Shown: positions 13,101-22,112 of the stretch, one piece after another | Layout: every line of letters starts with the position of its first letter | Position numbering within the stretch: the first letter of the stretch is position 1 | Origin: Euglena gracilis | Lineage: Eukaryota | Assembly (NCBI GenBank): GCA_039621445.1 | Contig: CP154954.1 | Location: 7,814,634 to 7,878,633 of the forward strand | Direction of reading: 5' to 3' | Length of the DNA: 64,000 nt | Made by a program: the position numbers and the translations under genes | Notes under the pieces: generated by a model | Told to the model about the DNA's origin: nothing | The model's input: only the letters and a program-made list of their open reading frames with translations | The model's database searches: none

Positions 13101-14207
13101 TCCGACTGGAATTGAACGGAAAAACACCTTTCGAGGAGGAATTTGACAGGCTTGAAGGGAAATATGCTGGAACTCAATCCGAGTGTGCCAGAAAAAAATG
13201 GTATGATGTGAACCTCGTGAACCAAGGGAAAATTACCGTACAGGAATGGCGAGATTTTGTCATAAATTTCAGAATAGCCTGGAGACAGGTGAAAAGCGCC
13301 ACTGACGATGAGGCAGAAAGACTGGTCAAGGGAAAACTGCCAAATTTCATTTTGCATTGGGTCGCCGATGAGGAGGAAAGGAAATCAACGTGTGGACCGA
13401 AAGTCAAAATGTACCCTGGAGTGCCTGCAACCGAGGAAAACATTGTATGTGCTGTGGAACGTGTCACTGGGGAAAAGCCCTGCAAGGTTTCGAAAGTTTC
13501 ACCGCTGGAGTTCGAAGTCTTTTTGCCCAACACTACGATTTGCGACAAACTGAAAGAGGTCAGTGGGAAACCAATCACAGGCACGGATAAAAGGATCAAA
13601 ATTGTGGAGGAACAGCCAAAAATGGGAGTTGAAGAAATTTTCCGTTTTGTTGAGCGAAAATTGTCTTCCAGGGATTCTCAAGACATGATACACAGTTCCA
13701 GGGAGCCAAATGCATTTGGAAACCGGAGGGCCAGGTCTGCTAAGGCAGATCGGGCCAAGGGGTCCAGGACACCCTCCCCAACACGGTCAGCCAAGGGGGG
13801 CGAAACGGTGGCAAAACCGTCCGTTGGAAAATCAGATTCACAGGTGGCAGCTCCTGCGACCAATGCAAACGTGAACCCCCCCCGTGCAAAACCAGTGCCA
13901 GTGGTTCGATCACAGTCATTACCACCCCCCCAGCAATCGCAATTTGGCCATGGGGGGGGGATGGAGAAATGATTCTGGGTGGAATTCCAATGCCAATGCC
14001 AATTTTCAGGGAAATCAGTGGTGGCACTCAAATCCACAGAATTTTGATTCACAGTCTGGTGGCAAAGGCAAAGGCAAAGGCAAAGGCAAGGGCAAATGAA
14101 ACAATTCTTGGGGGAAAGGAAACAATGGAAATGACTGGTCTAGGGAAAAGGGCCAGGATGGTGGAAAAGGCAAAGGAAAAGGAAGGGGGAAAGGAAACCG
14201 TTGCTAG
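10178..14207 (+). CDS. gag: Large Gag-like protein (ORF track 9632..13972; C-terminal tail displaced by a G-run frameshift at about 13952-13960 and a TGA at 14097)
   Basis: Lies between PBS and pol. Acidic and Q/P-repeat N-terminus, coiled-coil-like middle, capsid-like PNFSGQPKDWSSFVRDW segment, GK-repeat basic tail ending at TAG 14205-14207. Start codon uncertain. Confidence 0.8.
10179..10195 (+). promoter_or_regulatory. Primer-binding site, initiator tRNA-Met-like
   Basis: TGGTTAGCAGAGG immediately after the LTR; the complement of the eukaryotic tRNA-iMet 3' end is TGGTAGCAGAGG (one extra T here). Confidence 0.75.
11040..11430 (+). repeat. In-frame about 60-nt tandem repeat in gag (QVFQPAQQFSAESSVPAIMGPAQM-like units)
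   Basis: About 5-6 degenerate copies visible in DNA and protein. Confidence 0.85.
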
Positions 14208-14474
14208 GACAGCCGGGGTGGACCGTTGGGGGCGGGAGCCGCCCCGGGCTCGCATACCCAGCCCCACACAAAGACATACGCAAATCCCAGGTGGCATGAG
14301 AAATCTCGTGCGAGTGAAAACACGATGAAAAATCTGCCATCCCAGGAGATCGCTGCGCAAGGTGTGTCCAGTGTGTCGGGTGTGTGCGTGCGTGACGTGC
14401 AAATCTGTGATTCAGCCCAAATCTGTAAAAAACCAGACCTCATAAGAGGTCGTGCACAGCCTTCCGTAAAGAAA

Positions 14475-15060
14475 AGAGCTTTAGACCTTTTTTGCGGTAA
14501 AGGCTCGGTTGGGGATTGCCTGAGAGAGCAGGGGTTTAAGGTGGTGTCAGTGGACATAAACCCCAGATTTAACCCAACCCACTGTGCAAATATTTTGGAG
14601 TGGAGATATTGGAGGTACCCCCCCGGATATTTTCAGATCATCGCTGCGGGGGTGCCCTGTACAGAATATAGCTTGGCCAAAACATTGGGAGTCAGAAATT
14701 TGGAGGGGGCAGATCGGCTGGTCAAAAAAACTTTGGAGATTGTCGAATATTTCAAACCAAAGTTGTGGTGGATTGAAAATCCCCGTCATGGACTTTTGCG
14801 GAAAAGACCCTGTGTTCAAAATCTGACTTTTGTCGATGTTGACTGTTGTCAGTTTTCAGATTGGGGATATCAAAAGCCCACCCGAATCTGGGGGAGCGAA
14901 AATCTGAGCAAGCTACAAAACAAACTTTGTGATGGCCAGACCTGCCCGAATTTGATTCCTGGGGGGAGGAGTCACCGAGAAAAGTTGGGAGGATATGGAA
15001 TGACAGTTGGTACTCAGAAAAAATGGAGGATGCCCAAACAACTGGTGGAGTATTTGTTAA
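14475..15060 (+). CDS. C5-cytosine DNA methyltransferase domain at the Pol N-terminus
   Basis: Motif I ALDLFCGKG; II VSVDIN; IV AGVPCTEYS (catalytic PC); VI WIENP; VIII-like YQKPTRIW; X-like RMPKQL; all uninterrupted in the pol frame. Confidence 0.88.
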
Positions 15061-15089
15061 CCGTGTTGGAACGAAAAAGCGGATATCGT

Positions 15090-15480
15090 AGGGAGGATTA
15101 TGCTGTTAGGAAAGTTTGTATGGAGCAAATTGAGAAGGAATTTCGGGTTAAGGCGGAACGGGATTGTTTTGCAACCAGCCAAAACGCCAGGTGCGAAAAG
15201 TTTTATGGGGAGGATGATGATGCCATGAAAAAGGATTGGGGGGCGGAGGAAACGTTGTGGATGAACCCCCCCTGGACTTTGTGGCCTGAGGTGGCTGAAA
15301 AATTGCAAAATTCCAATTGTCGGGCAATTTGTATTTGCCCAGACTGGAATAGGAGGTGGGTGAAAAATCTGGTGGCTATGGCTGTCAAAAAGATTTATTT
15401 TCCCAAGGGGACAAAGTTGTTTGAGGCTGATGGGAGGATTTTGAGGGGTACCCGTTGGGGGGTGTGGGCCTTGTTGATCG
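15090..15480 (+). CDS. Dam-like amino (N6-adenine type) DNA methyltransferase domain in Pol
   Basis: DY...DCFATSQN..C.KF...DAM..DW...WMNPPW...ICPDW; same motif order as the DIRS MT domains in this window (DY...DMFC/DLFA..N..DAL...YANPPW...VPHW). Confidence 0.85.
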
Positions 15481-18400
15481 ATAGAAGGCAACCCTCCCAG
15501 GGGGGGGGGGCAGCACCAGGGAAGAAAAAATTGGTTCGGCTGAAAAAAGGAATCTTGAGGGGGACAAAAACTCGGGGAGGAGCAAAGAAACTCGGGGAGG
15601 ACAGACAACTGCTGTTAAAAACCCAGATTCAGTTGGCAAATGGGGAGGAAAAAACGGCCAGAATTTTGATTGACACGGGGGCGGAGGCAAACCTCATTCG
15701 ACAAGGGTTGATAGGGGACCACCTAATGTATCCTGCTAAGGACCCGTTAAGGTTTGAAACTGCCAATGGGCAAACTTTGGCGGGGGGGAGCAGATGTGCT
15801 AAGGTGAAAATGATCCTTCAACAAAATTGGAATGAGGAAAGGGAAATTGAGTGTGTGGAATATGAGGTTGAATTTTACGAGGCAAACATAAAAGTTGATG
15901 CCATTCTTTCTTATCCATGGTTGGCAGAAGCAAAACTGGGAATTTTTCCACACCACAAGGCGTTGGTGAAAGACAGCCCAGACCTGATTTTTCTGCGGGG
16001 TGTTGAAAGACGGAGGGGTCCGCAAAAATTCAGGGATGACACAAAATTTTCTGTGGACAATGTGACGGTGGCGGACAGGTCTTCGTTTGGGTTGCAAAAA
16101 CTTGGTCTTTGTTTGCCATTGGAAGGGTTGGACCAGGAATTGCAATTTTTGAGTGATGAGGACCTGGGGGAGGTTGCCACAAATTTGGAGGGAAGTGACC
16201 CCCCAGTGCAAGTTATCAACCGAATGATAATTGCAAGGGAGGGGGAGGACAAAAAAGAGGATGAACGGGTGGTTAAGTTGAGGGAACAAGTTTTGGAAGA
16301 TTACCGGGGGACGGTATTTCGGTCATCGCCATTTCCAGACCCCCCCGAAAGAGGACAATATGGTTATGCATACATACCGTTGAAGGAGGGGGCAAAGCCA
16401 ACCAGACAGAAGCCTTTTTTCATGCACGGTGAGCGGAAAGAGGCACTTGAAAAAATCACCCAAGACTGGCTCGACAAAAAATACATTGAGCCAGCCACAG
16501 CCAAAAATTCTGAATGGCTGTCCCAGACTTTTCCAGTTCCAAAAAAATCCAACGATTTTCCTTGGAGGGGGGTGGTGGACCTCAGGGGCCCAAACAGCCA
16601 AACAAGGCGATGCAACTACCCCCTACCCAAAATTGAAGACATTTTGGTCAAACATGGTGCAAACCAAATGTTTTCGATCATCGATTTGAAGCAAGCTTTT
16701 CACCAACAACCTTTACACCCAGAAAGTCGACCCATAACGTGTTGTTTCACCCCCAAAAGCATTTTTCAGTGGAGGGTGAATGTAATGGGTTTGACAAATG
16801 CCCCCCAGCAATTTCAGCAAATGATCGATGACCGTTTGACACCAGTAAGGGATATCGCCACAGGGTATATAGACGACATACTGGTGGGGACAACGGTCGG
16901 GGAAGGGGAGGACTTGGTGGGGGCACACAAAAAAGATTTGAGGAGGGTGTTGGAGGTGCACAAAACGGAACTTTTGGTGGCTGATGAATTAAAAGCCAAA
17001 CTTTTTGTGGAGGAGGTTGAATTTTGTGGACAAATTTTAGGAAACGGGACTAGGAGGCCAGCACCGGGTAAGCTACGAGCGATTGAAAAGTGGGAGGTTC
17101 CGAAAACAATTACGGCTTTGAGAGCCTTTTTGGGATTCACAAATTATTACAATGCATACATTCACATGTATGCGGAAGTAGCTGCCCGATTGCAAGACAA
17201 ATTGAAAGTCCCCAGGGAGGTGGGAAAGAAAGGAAGCCGAAAACCTGTTGAATTTGATGGGGAGGATTTAAAAGCTTTCGAGGAGCTGAAAAAAAGGTTG
17301 TGTTAGGGCCTGATGTTGCAACGGGTAGACCCAGATAAACCCTTTGTGTTAAGGGTTGATGCTAGTGGGTACGCCGTGGGGCAACGTTAGAACAAATGAA
17401 GGAGGGGGGAGGAAGACCCACAGCCCAGGATGTGATTGAGAAAAAAACTGTGCCAGTGGCTTTTATGTCTCGAAAATTGACCGAGGGGCAAAGAAAATGG
17501 ACCCCCAGGGAGTTGGAGACGTATGCCATAATTTTGGCACTACAAAAATGGGAGAGTTGGATTGGATTGCAACCCGTTTTGGTTTTAACCGACCACCAAA
17601 GTTTGGAGTCTTGGACAAGGGAAGTCCTAGACACCCCCAGTGGTCCGGTTGGGAGGAGGGCGAGATGGCACCAAATTTTCTCCAAGTATGATTTGACGGT
17701 GGGATATATCCCGGGTAAAGAAAACACCATAGCCGATATCCTTAGTCGGTGGGCATACCCAGCTTCACAGGCCCTAAGGGATATAAGTAAGCACGGGTCA
17801 GCCGAAGACAAGGATGAAATGGAAAATTTTACCCGGGAGGAAAAAGAAGAGGAAAAACAGTGTTTGGAGATAAGAATCAAAAACCAGCCCAATTTACGTA
17901 ATGCCTGGATACGGGGGGTGACAACCCGTAGTGGCAAAAACGTAACACCTGAGGAGGAAAAAGGAGAGTGCACAAGGAGGGGAACCGAGGGTGGGGTAGA
18001 CCCAGGAGGAAAAGACACCCCTGTGGACACTCACTCACAAGGGCCCAGGAAAGAAAAGAAACGAGTTCATTTTTGGGATGAGAAAGTGGGGGGGGAGACG
18101 ACCCCTGTCCCAGAGACGGCTGAAAGTTCGAGGGGGGACACTCGTATGGAAGTGGGGGACGCCCTGCCAAGTACGACCCCTAAGGATATTAAGCCCGTAT
18201 GGGAGCGTGATTGGGGGAAGCATATTCCCGATGCCCCACATGGAAAGAAAAATATGTAGCTACCAAAGGCGATTCAATTTGACCAAAGGGTTTCAAAGTG
18301 CTAAATGGCCAATTGTTTTTCGAGGAAAAGTTGTGTGTGCCTGAAAGTTTTCAACACTTGGTGATTCAAGAAATTCACGAGTTTTTGCGGCACGTTGGCC

Positions 18401-19165
18401 CTGAAAAAGTTTGGAAACACGTGGCAATCCGTTTTGTTTGGGCTGATGAAAAGGCTGCAAAACAACTCAACCAAAGTTGCAGCAAAAATTGTTCCACATG
18501 CCAAGCGAGTTTGAGGGGGGAGAGTTTGAAAGGACCGATCGAGTCCACAGCCATACCCCCTGCGTTAATGACAAGTGTTGCCATCGATTTGTTTCGAATG
18601 CTAAGGGTTTTACACGATGGGGGGGAGTACGACACCCTAACCCTTTGTGTGGATAGGCATTCGGGTTGGATTGTGGGGGTTGCATGCAAGGACAAGGGAT
18701 TAACTGGTGCCAAGTTGGCTAAGGAAATGGTGAAAAAGCAGTGGAGGCCTTTTGGGGCTCGGTCATCTCAAGTGACCAAGGGAGCCATTTTACAAGCACT
18801 TGGTGGAAAAACATGTGTGCACTTTTGGGGATTAGACAAGCGTATTCCCAAGCGTACCACCACCAAGCAAACGGGAGGGTTGAAAGAGCCGGACAGCAGG
18901 TAATGGAGGTGTTGAGAAAATTGTATGTGGAGGAAAAAATTAATTGGGTTGAAGCTTTACCCCAAGTTTTGGACCGAATTCATGACGTAAAGGGGGAAAG
19001 CGGATTGAGCCCATATGAAATTGTGACTGGAAGGGAAAGACCATTGGCAGGGGTACCCTACCAACCACCCAAAGAATGTGAGGATTCGGTGGAGTTTTTC
19101 CATAGGATGCAAGACATTGATGGGAGGGTGGCTAGGATACTCACAAAAAAAAGCATGAGGAGGAG

Positions 19166-19551
19166 TGTGGTGGCGGACAGCCTTTCAAGATCATCTCCAG
19201 AAATATCTGAATTAGGCATTGCCAGAAAAAAAAGGGTTCAGACCAAAATCTTAATCTGGGAATTCTGTGTTTCATTCTGTATTTCAGTGGCAGCCTATGG
19301 CAAACAGTGTATCAGTTTGCTTGGACTTCATTGGCATTGGCAAACATCTTCAAGATTTGTTCCCCTGCTGTGCAAAAGATTTTGAAAACTCCAGTGATGC
19401 GTGGGAAAATGCCAGTGGAAAAGCCCAAGTTGGCAGTAGGAGACTGTCCAGCATTGCACATTACAGGTTGGCCTGGGCCAGAAGTTGGTCACCCCAAGTG
19501 TCATTGGACAAGGGCTGTCACAACACACTGAGCCGAGGACCCACCCTCACA
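19166..19551. mobile_element. 386-bp solo-LTR-like insertion in the integrase C-terminal region
   Basis: TGTG...CACA termini; 4-bp TSD GGAG (19162-19165, 19552-19555); removal restores AAG CAT GAG GAG GAG GTG GCA AGG (KHEEEVAR). Confidence 0.85.
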
Positions 19552-19848
19552 GGAGGTGGCAAGGATAAATAAGGGGGGGAAAGAAATGGAACCCCTAAAG
19601 GTGGGGACGATGGTTTGGTATAGGAGACCCGAGGGGTCGGGTGAGAAGCTTGACTCTAGGTGGGTGGGACCTGGGGTCGTGAAGGGTAGAGAAGGGGAAC
19701 GGAGTTACGTAATTGAGATGAAATATGGGGTGGAGACGAAAGCTCATAGGAGTTTTTTGAAGAAGTATCGGGAACCCCAAGTGGAAGGTAAGGGGGTGCC
19801 TCTTTTTTATTATAAACGAAGCGAAAAAGAAGAAGAGGCATTACCTGA

Positions 19849-20010
19849 TGAGTGGGAGGTGGAAAAAATTCTAAGGCACAGGAAAGGAAAAGATGGAAAA
19901 TGCGAATTTTTGACCAAATGGGTCGGATATGAGGACGGGGAGGAAACCTGGGAACCGGCAGGAAATTTCATTCACCGTTTCAGTGAAGAGTTTGTAAAGT
20001 ATTGTCGTGA
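19849..20010 (+). CDS. Chromodomain at the integrase C-terminus
   Basis: WEVEKILRHR...FLTKWVGY...TWEP, with aromatic-cage positions retained. Confidence 0.92.
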
Positions 20011-20524
20011 GAAAAAAGTGAAAATGGACATAATGTCCGAACTAAAAATTTCTGGTGGGCCGTAGGCTCTAAGGTGAGCCATAAGGCCCTGTCCAAGGCT
20101 CTACGGTGAGCCTAATGGGAAGGCAAAGTGCTGTTTTAAAATTCCAAAACCCGATTTGCACGTCTGTGTGGGTGTGAGTGCACGCACACACGCATGAGCG
20201 TGTAAAGGAGAGAATGTACAAATGCAAGAATTGGCAAGGAGAATGGAATTTGGAGAAAAAGGCCCCGCAAGGGGGCCGGGGCCACAGCATATTCGCCGCC
20301 GCATTGCTGTTGTACTTGCCCCACTGCGTTTATATTTGCCCCACCGCACTTATATTTGTACTTGTTCTCGCCCCACTGCGCCTATATTTGCCGTCCTCTC
20401 CTCTTCTCTCCCGGTGTTGTAGTTTTGGAGATTGATTCTTTCAGATGATGGGTTACATTGTGTTTGGGAGTTCTTGATCACATTATGAGCCCAGCCCCCA
20501 TTCGGTTTGTTAAGGGGACAGAGC

Positions 20525-21000
20525 TTTTTTGACAAAAATCCCCCCGGCCCGAGGAGGGGGGGGGCGCCGGAATTTTTAAAAAATCCCCCGGCCCGAGGAG
20601 GGGGGGGGCGTTTGATTTTTTTGACAAAAATCCCCCCGGCCCGAGGAGAGGGGGGGGGGCGTTTGATTTTTTTGACAAAAATCCCCCCGGCCCGAGGAGG
20701 GGGGGGGCGTTTGATTTTTGGACAAAAATCCCCCCGGCCCGAGGAGGGGGGGGGGGGCGCTTGAATTTTTAAAAATCCCCCCGGCCCGAGGATGGGGGGG
20801 GGGCGCTTGATTTTTTGACAAAAATCCCCCCGGCCCGAGGAGGGGGGGGGCGTTTAATTTTTGGACAAAAATCCCCCCGGCCCGAGGAGGGGGGGGGGGG
20901 CTTGACGAATTTGAACCAAAAAACCCCCCGACCCGAGGGGGGGGGGGCGCCAACCGAATTTTTACCAAAAATCCCCCGACCCGTTGAAAGGGGGGGGGGG
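20525..21000 (+). repeat. Tandem array of about 10 units of about 48-50 bp in the Gypsy 3' untranslated region
   Basis: Unit AAAATCCCCCCGGCCCGAGGA(G)nCGTTTGATTTTTTGAC. Confidence 0.92.
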
Positions 21001-21266
21001 CAGATCTTGGTGAAGACCCTCATACCACCCGTGAGAAACGGGGGGGGGGGCAGCCAAATATTCATTGGTTGGTGAACCGAGTCTTTCCCAAAGGTTTGAA
21101 GGCACTTGAAAGCCATAGTCCCTGAAGTTTGTTTCCCATTTGTTGATACAAGGGAGAATGGGTGTGGGACATAGGCTTTGGATGAAAGAGTGCCGAATGG
21201 AGGATTTACCCCCCGTTGTTGAGGAACGGGGGGGGGGGCGAGTTTTTGGTGTCCGACTAAGGTCGC

Positions 21267-21277
21267 AAGGGAGGGGG
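21267..21277 (+). promoter_or_regulatory. Polypurine tract
   Basis: AAGGGAGGGGG directly before the 3' LTR TG. Confidence 0.85.
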
Positions 21278-22108
21278 TGTCGGCCGCCGGCTTTCGCCGG
21301 CAGCCAAAAATTGCCAGAAAGCGCAAAATTCAAAGTCGCGGGTAACAGCCAACCAGTTAAAAAAACCCGCGACTTAAATTGGAAGCGGGTAAAATTACTT
21401 TGAGCTTTCAAATTCATCTTTTTCACAGAAATTGAGGGGTTTTCCCCATTATTTGGCAAAGAAGAAATACATTGAATTGGATTTGATCAATCACATTGTG
21501 GAATTGGAATTGGCAATTACATTGTTGGCCACCACATTGTTGGTTGTATTCATTGAAGGATTGGTTTGAAGGAGCCTACAACACCGCCACCCTCACCGCC
21601 ACCTATACCCTATACCCCTCCTCCTTGCCCCAAGTTTGCACATTTTCACACATTCACATCACACATTTGTTTTCAATTCTTCACATTCAGCTGCTTTCAG
21701 TTTCTCAGTTTCAGAGTTTCAGAATTCAAGTTACTTTTAGTTTCTCACTCTCAAAGTTCCAAGTTCAGTGGGTTGGTTTTTGCCTACAAGGTGTGCGTGA
21801 GAGAGAGAGAGAAGTGAGATTTTCACACCAAATGGCAGATTTTTCGGTGTTCACCAAATTTTCAGAAAACATTAAAAAAACGATCCTACGCACCGGCTGG
21901 GGTAGGGGGAAACACCTGGGTGAAAAAATGGGAGTTGGCCTGAGCCCACCAACCCCCAGAAAAAGCACAGGCCCCGCCCCGGAAACACCCACCCCCCGGC
22001 TGTCGGTGGTTATCCACGACGGCGAGGACCCCCCCGGGCCCTCGGCCCACCGGGACTCGCCGGTCGCGGGGGCGACCGGCGGCGCACAGGGGGTGGGGCC
22101 GGCGAACA
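21278..22108 (+). repeat. 3' LTR (831 bp)
   Basis: Direct repeat of 9344-10178. Confidence 0.97.
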
Positions 22109-22112
22109 AGGG

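Larger units (their letters stand above)
14208..20065 (+). pseudogene. pol: Gypsy Pol polyprotein: C5-MTase, Dam-like MTase, protease, RT, RNase H, integrase, chromodomain (stop at 17304, several frameshifts, solo-LTR insertion)
   Basis: ILIDTGAEAN (protease); IDLKQAFHQ and YIDDILV (RT); VDASGYAVG, RELETYA, TDHQSL, ADILSR (RNase H); HHCC, IDLF, SDQGSHF, QANGRVER (integrase); WVGP motif; chromodomain. Confidence 0.95.
9344..22108 (+). mobile_element. Full-length Ty3/Gypsy chromovirus-type LTR retrotransposon with two DNA methyltransferase domains (mildly degenerate)
   Basis: Two near-identical TG...CA LTRs; 4-bp TSD AGGG (9340-9343, 22109-22112); empty site GAATGTGCAGGGGCAAC present in A2 and A3; PBS and PPT; PR-RT-RH-IN-chromodomain order. 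Confidence 0.97.

Noticed and set aside
14475-15480. Prokaryotic restriction-modification or phage locus
   Set aside because: The MTases are fused in frame to a retroviral-type Pol between LTRs in eukaryotic DNA; no restriction enzyme is present.
20525-21000. CRISPR-like array
   Set aside because: Units are tandem with no unique spacers, there are no cas genes, and it lies inside an LTR retrotransposon.
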